From an uncultured Ruminiclostridium sp. (GTDB lineage Bacteria > Bacillota > Clostridia > Oscillospirales > Oscillospiraceae): a stretch of DNA of 64,000 nucleotides. Shown here one piece after another: positions 9,205 through 18,009 of this stretch (position 1 is the stretch's first letter; every line of letters starts with the position of its first letter). The position numbers were made by a program, and so were the translations under genes. The notes below the pieces were generated by a model. It did no database searches, was not told the origin of the DNA, and saw only the letters and a list, made by a program, of their open reading frames with translations. The stretch spans positions 206,417 to 270,416 of the forward strand of contig CAYVNT010000002.1 of the NCBI GenBank assembly GCA_964453275.1, read 5' to 3'.

Positions 9205-10479
9205 TCACAACGAATTGTTTTCTTCTGTGGTTCTCTCCATCGACATATGATGAAACACGCTTCGTGAGAGCAGCGCAATGCCCATAGATACAATGGCGCC
9301 ACCAAACACAACCAGATACTGCATGGAAGAAAGTGCGTCGAATAAAAAGCCATACATGGCCTGCCCCACCGGCTGCGCGCACATGGATAACGCCATGACG
9401 CAGGCGATGACCTTTCCGGTCAGCGCTGTTGGCGTTTCCATCTGTATGTAGGTCAAAAGCTGAATGGTCGCCATGGTGGCCAGGCACATGAGGATAAAAA
9501 AGCTCGCGACGATTACGATATACCGCAGCATCGCCGACAGCGGAAGAAAGAGCACGACAGCAGCCGGCAGCAAGAATACTGCCCCCAAAAACAACAAGGT
9601 GGACACACTTTTGATGCGCAAGCGCTTGGCAAACACGCCCACCAAAATGCCGCCGACAATACCGCCCAAACCCAAGGTTCCCTGGGCCACGCCATAGAGG
9701 GCGTCCGACAAGGCCAGCGTTTGGGTGATCAAAACGGGCATGGCAATGATGATCAGGGCTGACAGGAAAAGATTGATGCCGCAAATGACCACGATGCCCT
9801 TTAAGATGATGGGTTTTTCCCGGCGCATAAAATGAAAGCTGTCTTTCGTGTCCTGCTTGACAATGCCAAAGATCCCCTGACCGCCGTCACGAGGTGTGTG
9901 CGGAATGACGATGAACAATTCCATCACGGCAGAGATGAAAAAGCAAACGCCGCCAATGATGATAATGGGACGGATACCATACAGACCAAACACGACCCCG
10001 CCCAGCATAGGCGAAATTAGGCCTGCCAATGCACTGACCTGATTGATCACGGCATTGCCCTGCAACAAGTGCGATTCATCCTGCAACAGCGGAATGCTGG
10101 CCTGCACGGCCGGCTGATAGGTGCCTTGGATGCCAAAGAGCAGCATCAAGACAATGACAAGTAAAATCACCAGATCAACCTTGCCCAGCAGCAAAAGCAG
10201 CACGAGCATCAATAGCGCCGTAAAAAAATCAAGCGCAACCATGATATTGCGCTTGTTGACCCGGTCTGCGATAATCCCGCCGATGGGCATCAACACAATC
10301 ATCGGTATGAATGACAGCGCCATGACCAGGCCGTAGAGCGTCGACGAGCCGCTTTCTTTGAGCAAATACAAGGGTAAGGCAAAGCGGATCATACCGTTGC
10401 CAAAGAGCGAAATGATCTGCCCGATGACCACCAGGGAAAAATCCTTGTGAAATAGCTTACTGTGTTCTCTTGTCTGCAT
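9205..10479 (-). CDS. MFS transporter (MefA/DHA3-like efflux)
   Basis: GQIISLFG, GGIIADRVNKRNIMV motif A, 12 hydrophobic segments. Confidence 0.9.
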   Translation of the reverse strand: MQTREHSKLFHKDFSLVVIGQIISLFGNGMIRFALPLYLLKESGSSTLYGLVMALSFIPMIVLMPIGGIIADRVNKRNIMVALDFFTALLMLVLLLLLGKVDLVILLVIVLMLLFGIQGTYQPAVQASIPLLQDESHLLQGNAVINQVSALAGLISPMLGGVVFGLYGIRPIIIIGGVCFFISAVMELFIVIPHTPRDGGQGIFGIVKQDTKDSFHFMRREKPIILKGIVVICGINLFLSALIIIAMPVLITQTLALSDALYGVAQGTLGLGGIVGGILVGVFAKRLRIKSVSTLLFLGAVFLLPAAVVLFLPLSAMLRYIVIVASFFILMCLATMATIQLLTYIQMETPTALTGKVIACVMALSMCAQPVGQAMYGFLFDALSSMQYLVVFGGAIVSMGIALLSRSVFHHMSMERTTEENNSL

Positions 10480-10494
10480 ACATCTTCTCCTTTT

Positions 10495-10512
10495 ATACCG
10501 TCCGTCGGTATG
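10495..10512. promoter_or_regulatory. Probable TetR operator upstream of the MFS gene
   Basis: Palindrome ATACCG-N5-CGGTAT, related to two copies upstream of tetR. Confidence 0.6.
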
Positions 10513-10545
10513 TATTTGATCAAAATAAAAAGCCTCAACGGCTCT

Positions 10546-11208
10546 TTATTTCCTCGCTTCTTTGGGCAGGTAGCCCTGCAAGTCCACGATGATTTCCACC
10601 ATTTCATCATCTAAAATGTCAAAACCCAAGCGCGCCGTCAAGAGCTGAAAGAAGTGGCATTTGCGGCGCAGCTCCTCCTCTGTCATGGCAAATACAAAGG
10701 GATTCAACCATATATTTAGGAGCATGATAAGCACTTGCGCCAATTCAAGCGGGTAATCCGTCTGGATGGAACCATCGGCTATGCCTTCTTGAATGAGCGG
10801 CGCAATGACTTTGGGCACCAGTTCATTTTGTCCACTCTCCAACTGCATGGCCAGGAATTTGGGATTGTGCAGAATCGTGGGCACGGTTTCAGCCAATTGA
10901 CGCTGCCGCGGCGCTTTGAGCGTTTGGAGCATAATCTCACGCAGCTTCTCCAGACCGGTCAGCCCAGCTTGATGGGAAATGGTCTCACAGCATTCCAGCA
11001 GACCGTTCTCCAGCCGCTCCACTACTGCGATCACGATTTCTTCCTTGGATTTAAAATGATGATAAATCGCACCCTTACTCAAGCCGCCTAACTCATTGAT
11101 GATATCCTGAATGGATGTCTGCTCATAGCCTTTTTTTAAGAACAACTGGGAGGCTGCCGAAAGAATTTGTTTGACGGTTTGCTCCGGATGTTTATTGCGT
11201 GCCATCAT
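10546..11208 (-). CDS. TetR/AcrR family regulator
   Basis: ILSAASQLFLKKGYEQTSIQDII...LSKGAIYHHFKSKEEI HTH. Confidence 0.93.
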   Translation of the reverse strand: MMARNKHPEQTVKQILSAASQLFLKKGYEQTSIQDIINELGGLSKGAIYHHFKSKEEIVIAVVERLENGLLECCETISHQAGLTGLEKLREIMLQTLKAPRQRQLAETVPTILHNPKFLAMQLESGQNELVPKVIAPLIQEGIADGSIQTDYPLELAQVLIMLLNIWLNPFVFAMTEEELRRKCHFFQLLTARLGFDILDDEMVEIIVDLQGYLPKEARK

Positions 11209-11223
11209 CGCACCTCCTCATAA

Positions 11224-11271
11224 AAACAAACCGCTGGTATGTTTGCAGTTTAACATACCAACAGTCTGTTT
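11224..11271. promoter_or_regulatory. Two inverted TetR-operator-like sites (autoregulation)
   Basis: CATACCAGCGGTTTGTTT (minus strand) and CATACCAACAGTCTGTTT (plus strand) versus CATACCGACGGACGGTAT at the MFS promoter. Confidence 0.5.
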
Positions 11272-11311
11272 GTCAAATCTATATTTACAAAAAAATTTAT
11301 AACACTTAGCT

Positions 11312-11821
11312 TTATAAGCCAAATTCTTTGGCATAGGTCACAATGCCGCATAGCTGCTCGCCTTCGGGAGACAAAGGCAGGGCCATAAAATTCTCAGACG
11401 GCACGGGGAAGGGCGCCTGAATGCCAAACCGCTCTGCCGGCACATAACCCACTCTGGGATAGTAACGCTCGCTGCCCAACACAATCGAACAGGAAAACCC
11501 CAAGGCACGGGCGATGCGATGTCCCTCATCCATCAGCGCCGTGCCCACGCCGCTGCCCTGATAGGCGGGCAGTACCGCCAAAGGCGCCAGCGTCAAGGCA
11601 TCGTGCGCTCCAATTTTATTTTTACTGAAGAGAATATGCCCCACTAATTTGCCGTCTGCCTCCGCCACAAGCGAAAGTTCCGGTATAAAAGCCTCACTTT
11701 TGCGCAGCGCAACGACCAGATCCTGCTCTGTGCCATCGCTGTGCTCTGCGCCTTCAAAGGCCTCTTGCACCAACTGATAGACGGCTGGATAATCCTGCTG
11801 TGTCTCCTGTCTGATGATCAT
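11312..11821 (-). CDS. GNAT N-acetyltransferase (YhbS-like)
   Basis: LSLVAEADGKLVGHILFS, LAPLAVLPAYQGSGVG, VLGSERYYPRVGY. Confidence 0.9.
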   Translation of the reverse strand: MIIRQETQQDYPAVYQLVQEAFEGAEHSDGTEQDLVVALRKSEAFIPELSLVAEADGKLVGHILFSKNKIGAHDALTLAPLAVLPAYQGSGVGTALMDEGHRIARALGFSCSIVLGSERYYPRVGYVPAERFGIQAPFPVPSENFMALPLSPEGEQLCGIVTYAKEFGL

Positions 11822-11848
11822 AAAACCGTTTTCCTTTCCCGGGCAATG

Positions 11849-13006
11849 TTAGCCCTCCTGGTATGCCAACTCCGATGCTCCAATCTGGATCGGAACACCA
11901 TTGAACTCCACGCCCTCATCCGCGCGGATCATGATATAGTTCACCCCATCTAAGACGCGGGTTTGCACCAGATCGCTGCGTTCCGGGTTGACGCGAATGC
12001 TCACATCCGGCAGTGAGAGCTCCATCTTTTTGCCCCCCACCAAATTGCGCGGCGGCAGTTCCGTTGTCTCACCAAAAACAGTGTCAAACTGTTTCTCAAA
12101 CGCTTCGGCGTGCTCCTCCGTCGCCCCACAATCGAGCAAGACGCGCGCCATCTCCCGCTTATTCAGGAGCAGCGGCGGCGCCGAGCGATCCGCCTTTTGT
12201 TCTTCGACCATCTCGCCAAGCTGCTCTTGCACGGCTTGTACCAAATCCATGCTGCAATCCTCAGCCAGCACTTCGCTCAGAACGGTATCAAAGGCCGTTT
12301 TTTGGACACTGGCCGGCAGGGGCAGCTCTTGTTGAAACACGGCAGTCACGAAATCCGTGTGGCTGGCCGTTGTATCGCGTGTGTAGTAAAGCGCCTGGTA
12401 GAGGTTGGCGCTGCGGTCATCAAATGCCGGAAACAAAAAGCCCAGTTCCGGCGGCGAGACAAGCCAGTCCTGTCTGCAATTATGAAATTCATTTTCATGG
12501 ACGCGATAACCAAGCGCAGGCTTGGCCATTTTGATCGGGCAGATGCTGCACAAAATGTAAGTATACACCTCGGCAGACGCGTCTTGCTGCACGGCGTCGT
12601 CCTTGGCGCGAAAAGGTACATCATAGGTATCTTGCGTGAGTAAAATCAAATACGCCCCCTCCAGATCGAGGCTGGCAATCACCCGCTGAAAAAAAGTCTG
12701 CACCGCCGTCTCCTCTCGCAGCGCGGAGCCGCGCAGGGCCATGAGCAGCTGATGCTCCTCCCCTTTTGCCACCTGCTGGGTGGAAAATGTGATATCAATA
12801 AGGTTTTTGCCTAGTCCACCGGACAAGGTGCGCTTTAAAATGGCCAAAATCTTCTCGCCCTCTTCCTGCGAAAGCATGGCCATTGACTGGTCAAATTGTG
12901 AAACAATCTCGTGTCTATCATTCACATAACAACCCCGGAAACGGGTGATGTTACTTTTATCTTGCCGAAACCGGCGGCGGATTTCCGCCACTTCTCTTTC
13001 TGTCAT
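11849..13006 (-). CDS. DUF4317 family protein
   Basis: MTEREVAEIRRRF...GCYVN...LKRTLSGGLGKNLIDITF...GFLFPAFDDRSANLY. Confidence 0.8.
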   Translation of the reverse strand: MTEREVAEIRRRFRQDKSNITRFRGCYVNDRHEIVSQFDQSMAMLSQEEGEKILAILKRTLSGGLGKNLIDITFSTQQVAKGEEHQLLMALRGSALREETAVQTFFQRVIASLDLEGAYLILLTQDTYDVPFRAKDDAVQQDASAEVYTYILCSICPIKMAKPALGYRVHENEFHNCRQDWLVSPPELGFLFPAFDDRSANLYQALYYTRDTTASHTDFVTAVFQQELPLPASVQKTAFDTVLSEVLAEDCSMDLVQAVQEQLGEMVEEQKADRSAPPLLLNKREMARVLLDCGATEEHAEAFEKQFDTVFGETTELPPRNLVGGKKMELSLPDVSIRVNPERSDLVQTRVLDGVNYIMIRADEGVEFNGVPIQIGASELAYQEG

Positions 13007-13138
13007 CCTACTCTTTGCTCCGTTTCTATGCTTTAGGTTTCCATGTGTTCACACATGACATGATCGGTCGAATAAAAAAACAAACGACGGCATGACTTGG
13101 ACACAACTCTCATGTCCCAGCGCATACCGTCGTTCATT

Positions 13139-13229
13139 TGGCGGAGAAGGAGGGATTTGAACCCTCGCTACGGTTTCCCGTACTACTCCCTTAGCAGGGG
13201 AGCCCCTTCGGCCACTTGGGTACTTCTCC
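13139..13229 (-). tRNA. tRNA-Ser(GCT)
   Basis: GGAGAAG acceptor stem, CTCCC-CT GCT AA-GGGAG anticodon arm, long variable arm, GGTTCAAATCC T-loop, encoded CCA. Confidence 0.97.
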
Positions 13230-13254
13230 AAATGACAGAACAAAACAAAATAAA

Positions 13255-13341
13255 TGGCGGAGAGAGTGGGATTCGAACCCACGGCCCTTTCGGGTCACTG
13301 GTTTTCAAGACCAGCTCCTTAAACCGCTCGGACATCTCTCC
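13255..13341 (-). tRNA. tRNA-Ser(TGA)
   Basis: GGAGAGA acceptor stem, CTGGT-CT TGA AA-ACCAG, variable arm, GGTTCGAATCC, encoded CCA. Confidence 0.97.
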
Positions 13342-13375
13342 GCGTATCGCTTTGATCCGGTCAGATGCGAGATTT

Positions 13376-13404
13376 AGAATAGCATATTCAGACTACTTTG
13401 TCAA
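13376..13404 (-). promoter_or_regulatory. Sigma-A promoter of the tRNA-Ser pair
   Basis: TTGACA-17 nt-TATTCT with extended TG. Confidence 0.8.
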
Positions 13405-13528
13405 CTGTAATCGGAATATTTTTCAAATCAGTCATATCGCAACAGACCGTTTCCTGTCCTGCTCAAGCAAGCGAGCCAGCCGATCGGACACGCGCGCCCA
13501 ATCGGCTGGTTTTTCCTGTATTTTCAGC

Positions 13529-13891
13529 TTAAAAAGGCAGATTCAGACCGCCGGTCAGTTGACCCATTGTCTGGCTCATATCCTCCATCGCGCTGCGATT
13601 GGCTTCGTTGACCGCTGCAATCACCATATCCTGCAGGATTTCGACATCCTCCGGGTCCACGGCGTCCGGGTCGATCTCCAGCTTTGTGAGCACATGCTTA
13701 CCTGTCACCGTGGCGGTCACAACGCCGCCGCCGGCCGTCGCGGTATACTCTTTTTCCGACAATTCGCCTTGCAGGCGTTCCATATCCTGCTGCATCTTTT
13801 GGGCCTGTTTAATCATATCCATGTTGATACCGCCCATACCCATGCCGCCACCTTTTTTGCCCATAGGCGGCCGTCCAAATCCCTTTGCCAT
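13529..13891 (-). CDS. ybaB: YbaB/EbfC nucleoid-associated protein
   Basis: KQAQKMQQDM, TAGGGVVTATVTG, DPEDVEILQDMVIAAVNEA; directly downstream of dnaX. Confidence 0.95.
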   Translation of the reverse strand: MAKGFGRPPMGKKGGGMGMGGINMDMIKQAQKMQQDMERLQGELSEKEYTATAGGGVVTATVTGKHVLTKLEIDPDAVDPEDVEILQDMVIAAVNEANRSAMEDMSQTMGQLTGGLNLPF

Positions 13892-13912
13892 GTATCCTCT
13901 CTCCTTTTGACT

Positions 13913-15607
13913 TTATTTAATGGTGATATTTTCGAATTGTTTTCCCAATTGCATGAGGGAGTCAAACTTATCTGCGGCTTCCGGCCCCTTGGCAGGCGTC
14001 TGTACCGTTTCCGCTTTTCCCACATGAATGTGTACTTGCAGCGTCCTTCCCGTGTAGCGTTCGGCCTCCCGTGTCAGTGTTTCCAGGACCTCAGGTCGAC
14101 TCAAAATGGTCTTAGTCATGTCCGAGTCCACATAAATCTGCAACGCTGAGACTTCAAAAACCCCGCTGACAAAGGAGGGTTTACTCAAAAATGTATAGGC
14201 CGCCGGGGGAATCTTCCCTCGTACGCCGGCCACGTAGGTCTTAAACACCTCTCCACCGGGGGCGGCCTGCCGCGGCGCGGCGATAGGGGCTTCGGCCTGC
14301 GGCGGCGTTTGGTTCACTTCTTTGGGTTCTGCGGATGGCAGCGGTTCCTGTACATGCTGCGCTGCCTGTTCCCAGGGTGGCAACGTCGCCCCAACCGTCG
14401 GTTCAGGGCTTGGTGCGGCAGATACGGGTGGTGCACTTGCTGCGGTTTTGATCGACGGGGCGCCTTGCGAGAGTTGTTCCTCCAAACGGCTGATGCGTGC
14501 CAGAAGGGCATCCGGCGCTGACGAAAGCCGCTGTTCACAAAGTCGCAGGATACAAATTTCCACATCGGTACGGCGTTTGCTGCTGCGATAAAGCTCCGCC
14601 ATGGCGTTTTGCAGCACCGTGAGCATATGGAGCAGCACAGCGGCGTCCAGGCGTGGCGCAAAATCCCGCAGCACACTTTCCTCGAACCCACCGCTGAGCA
14701 GCGACTCGCCACCGGCGCCTGCCATCTGGCGGATCAGCAGGTCCCGTACCAGGTCGGACAGCTCCCCCAACAGTGCGCTCATATCCTTACCATCGCGGTA
14801 GAGCTGTGCAATGCGCGCCAGCGCAGCGGTACTATCGTTTCGCACGATACAGTCCATCAGGCGAACAATTTCCACCTGTCCGGCCAGGCCGAGCACTTGC
14901 AGGACCTGTTCCTCACCCAATTCGCTGCCGCCGCCCATACATTGATCCATCAAAGAGAGCGCATCACGCAAGCCCCCTTCGGCCAAACGGGCAATCAGGG
15001 TGGCCGCCCCGTCGGAGAGGCTTATCCCCTCCTCTTTGGCCACAAAGCTGAGGCGATCTACAATCTCCTCCGGTAAAATGCGCTTAAAGGCAAATTGCTG
15101 ACAGCGCGACTTGATCGTTGCCGGCACCTTATGCAGCTCCGTCGTGGCCAAAATAAAGAGTAGGTGCGCCGGCGGCTCCTCCAAGATCTTTAACAGAGCA
15201 TTGAAGGCCGGCGTGGACAGCATATGCACCTCGTCGATGATATACACACGCTTGCGCACCGCCGCGGGGGTGTAGATGGCCTCGTCCCGCAGGGCGCGCA
15301 CTTGATCCACACCGTTATTGGACGCCGCATCCAGCTCCAACACATCCAAGATAGAACCGGAATCAATACCCAGACAGGAAGGACAGCGATTGCAAGGGTT
15401 GCCGTCTTCCGGCGCTTCGCAGTTGATGGCCTTGGCTAAAATCTTGGCACAGCTGGTTTTGCCAGTGCCTCGCGTGCCGGTAAAGAGATAAGCATGCGAC
15501 AGCCGATCCTGCGCCACTTGGCGTTTGAGCGTCTGCGTGATATGCTCTTGACCCACCACATCGTCAAAGCGGCGCGGACGCCACTTGCGGTAAAGCGCTT
15601 GATACAC
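13913..15607 (-). CDS. dnaX: DNA polymerase III subunit gamma/tau
   Basis: GTG start giving MYQALYRKWRP; GTRGTGKTS Walker A, PCNRCPSC Zn motif, IIDEVHML, TIKSRCQ. Confidence 0.97.
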   Translation of the reverse strand: MYQALYRKWRPRRFDDVVGQEHITQTLKRQVAQDRLSHAYLFTGTRGTGKTSCAKILAKAINCEAPEDGNPCNRCPSCLGIDSGSILDVLELDAASNNGVDQVRALRDEAIYTPAAVRKRVYIIDEVHMLSTPAFNALLKILEEPPAHLLFILATTELHKVPATIKSRCQQFAFKRILPEEIVDRLSFVAKEEGISLSDGAATLIARLAEGGLRDALSLMDQCMGGGSELGEEQVLQVLGLAGQVEIVRLMDCIVRNDSTAALARIAQLYRDGKDMSALLGELSDLVRDLLIRQMAGAGGESLLSGGFEESVLRDFAPRLDAAVLLHMLTVLQNAMAELYRSSKRRTDVEICILRLCEQRLSSAPDALLARISRLEEQLSQGAPSIKTAASAPPVSAAPSPEPTVGATLPPWEQAAQHVQEPLPSAEPKEVNQTPPQAEAPIAAPRQAAPGGEVFKTYVAGVRGKIPPAAYTFLSKPSFVSGVFEVSALQIYVDSDMTKTILSRPEVLETLTREAERYTGRTLQVHIHVGKAETVQTPAKGPEAADKFDSLMQLGKQFENITIK

Positions 15608-15682
15608 GTACCTTCTCCTCCCCCAGGCCGCTTTTGGCCCAAACGCAAGCAACCTTCCAAAAACGCCATTTCGGCACAATGC

Positions 15683-15954
15683 AGGACCGCACACCGGCCT
15701 TTGAAGTATATGTTATCTCCGCCTCTCCGACAGCTGGCTCAAACCCGGCGCTCCCACGGCACACACAGCGATCTGCTTAGTGCTGCTTAGTTCCCTACCT
15801 GACACGGTTCACAGGACCATGTTGCGCGGGACCGGCTTCTCATCGCTGCTCATCGGCAACTGACAAAACAACATATATCCGGGGGCCGGGATTCATCCCT
15901 GCTGTAGCGGATTGCAGGCATAGGGCACCGCTGACTCCCCGACTAGTGCGGCCT
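15683..15954 (-). ncRNA. ffs: Large (Firmicutes-type) signal recognition particle RNA
   Basis: Terminal stem GGCCGCAC/GTGCGGTC, Alu-like GCGGTGCCCT..CCTGCAATCCGC, helix 8 GTGAACC.TGTCAGG-TAG GGAA CTA-AGCAGC; canonical position upstream of dnaX. Confidence 0.93.
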
Positions 15955-15998
15955 TGCGCTGTCCCGATTATGGGCACCCGGAAGGCTGTTGAATTTAT

Positions 15999-16027
15999 AT
16001 TGTACAATATGGAGAAAAAATAATCAA
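15999..16027 (-). promoter_or_regulatory. Sigma-A promoter for ffs-dnaX
   Basis: TTGATT-17 nt-TACAAT. Confidence 0.65.
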
Positions 16028-16166
16028 CAATAATTTTTGAATATCAGGCGCAATCGAAAGGATATCATCCAAGTAGTGCTATTTACAGTGTCATAAAGAC
16101 TTGATATAATAGTATCGTGATTCTGTACGCAAAAATTAGATATACATGAGAGGATGAACGAAATAC

Positions 16167-17921
16167 ATGAAACGTATACCCAAATCCCTGCTCTCGCTGA
16201 TGCTGTCCACGCTACTCTGTCTGACCCTTGTCGGTCCGCTTAGCGCAGCGGCAGCGTCGGAGCTGCCGCCCACCACGTTCTCTGCCATCACCACCCTCAC
16301 GCCCAACGCCGGCAATCTGCGCGCAAACAGTTCAGCATGGACCGCCTCCACCTTCGGCGCACAGCTCGACGGGGATGCGCTCGTCCTCTATCAAGCGCTC
16401 GTGAACGCCAAAGATAAGGAACTCAGCCAGCCCGGATCCGGCCCGGACGGCATCCTGATCGCCGAAGACGGCACCCGTTATATGCAGCCCGTTTCCATCC
16501 GCCTGCCGCTCGTCTATAACACAAGCGGTATGAGCAACGAAACCTTCTTAGAAAATAAGTGGGACAGCCTAAAGGACGCCTGGAATCTGGCCATGGGCGC
16601 CTTTGACCGTGATTATCCAAGCTATGGCTGGATCAGCGGCACCGCCGAAACTTCCATGCTGGCCGAGGGGGAAGGCGCAGGCATCCGCATGACCATGACG
16701 CTCTATCCTCGCATGATCAAAGGCTATCAGTCTGCCGCTGATGTGGCTGGCTACAAGCAAGCACAGGAGCGCGCAGCCACGAACATCGAAACCGCCATCG
16801 GCGCCGCCGGCATCACCGACCCCTATACCTTCCTTCTTGCTGCACAGGACTGGCTGGTCCGCAACAACCAGTATAACAAAAGCGTCTCTCTCACCGCCAT
16901 GGGCAATAGCGACATGCCCTGGCGCGCACTCAGCGCGTTACAGGGCAACACCAGCGGGCCCAATCGCCCCGTCTGCGAAGGTTACGCCAGGGCACTGAAA
17001 TATTTGAGCGACCGCCACGGCCTTACAACCATCTTAGTCAGTGGTAAAGGTGTCAACAAAAATGGTTCCGAGCCGCATATGTGGCTGTACGCTCAGCTTG
17101 GCGGCAGTTGGTATGCCCTTGACCCCACTTGGGAATATGTCAAGAACGGCGTCTCTACCCAAGACTGGTTCCTCAAGGGGAGCAATACCTTCACCAACGC
17201 CAACCACATTCCGCAAGGCGCTTTTATGACAGGTCAAAGCACCGCGCTGACGTATCCCATCTTGAGCACTGCCGCCTATACGCCGGGCAGCGCTCCCGTT
17301 CAGCCGCCTATTGACAATCCGGTTGACAACACCTTGCTCTTTGGGGATATTCAGTCACACTGGGCCAAGGATGATATCACCTTCATCGCCACCCGCGGCC
17401 TAATGACAGGCACCGGTACCCGCCAGTTCAGCCCCAATGCCAACATGACGCGCGGCATGTTCGTCACCACGCTGGGCAGACTCGCCGGCATTGATCCGGC
17501 CAGCTATCCCGGCAGTCCTTTCCGCGATGTAGCCGTCGGGCAATACTACGCCCCCTATGTCGCTTGGGCAGCGCAAAAGGGTATTGTGAGTGGCACGTCC
17601 GCCACCACCTTCTCCCCCTCGTCGAATGTCACTCGACAGGAAATGGCTCTCATCATGCAAGGCTATGCCAGGACCATGCAAGTCCCCCTGCCCCATGTGC
17701 AGACGCCGATCACCTTTGCCGACCAGGGCAGCATCGCCGCCTGGGCAAAGGATGCCGTCAGCAATATGCAGCTTGCCGGCATCTTAAGCGGCAAAGCAAA
17801 CGCCCGCTTTGAACCGACCGCAGGCGCCACCCGCGCCGAGGTTTCGACCATGCTGCGGCGCTTTATCGAGCAGAATGTCGAACCCAAAACCGACCTGCCC
17901 CAACAAACGCCCGCCGCCTAA
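16167..17921 (+). CDS. Secreted transglutaminase-like protein with three C-terminal SLH domains
   Basis: Signal peptide; VCEGYARA...HMW...ALDPTW (Cys-His-Asp); FSPNANMTRGMF, FSPSSNVTRQEM, FEPTAGATRAEV. Confidence 0.88.
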   Translation: MKRIPKSLLSLMLSTLLCLTLVGPLSAAAASELPPTTFSAITTLTPNAGNLRANSSAWTASTFGAQLDGDALVLYQALVNAKDKELSQPGSGPDGILIAEDGTRYMQPVSIRLPLVYNTSGMSNETFLENKWDSLKDAWNLAMGAFDRDYPSYGWISGTAETSMLAEGEGAGIRMTMTLYPRMIKGYQSAADVAGYKQAQERAATNIETAIGAAGITDPYTFLLAAQDWLVRNNQYNKSVSLTAMGNSDMPWRALSALQGNTSGPNRPVCEGYARALKYLSDRHGLTTILVSGKGVNKNGSEPHMWLYAQLGGSWYALDPTWEYVKNGVSTQDWFLKGSNTFTNANHIPQGAFMTGQSTALTYPILSTAAYTPGSAPVQPPIDNPVDNTLLFGDIQSHWAKDDITFIATRGLMTGTGTRQFSPNANMTRGMFVTTLGRLAGIDPASYPGSPFRDVAVGQYYAPYVAWAAQKGIVSGTSATTFSPSSNVTRQEMALIMQGYARTMQVPLPHVQTPITFADQGSIAAWAKDAVSNMQLAGILSGKANARFEPTAGATRAEVSTMLRRFIEQNVEPKTDLPQQTPAA

Positions 17922-17963
17922 GGCAGTGTCCTCTCTTTCAGATATCAACAGGTGTGAGATAGA

Positions 17964-17999
17964 AAGAAGCCGAACGAGTCATTTCTCGTTCGGCTTCTT
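17964..17999. terminator. Bidirectional terminator
   Basis: AAGAAGCCGAACGAG-N6-CTCGTTCGGCTTCTT. Confidence 0.85.
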
Positions 18000-18009
18000 A
18001 TGTGTTTTA

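Noticed and set aside
13097-14149. 350-aa plus-strand ORF
   Set aside because: It runs antisense through two tRNAs, ybaB and dnaX, and shows no protein motifs.
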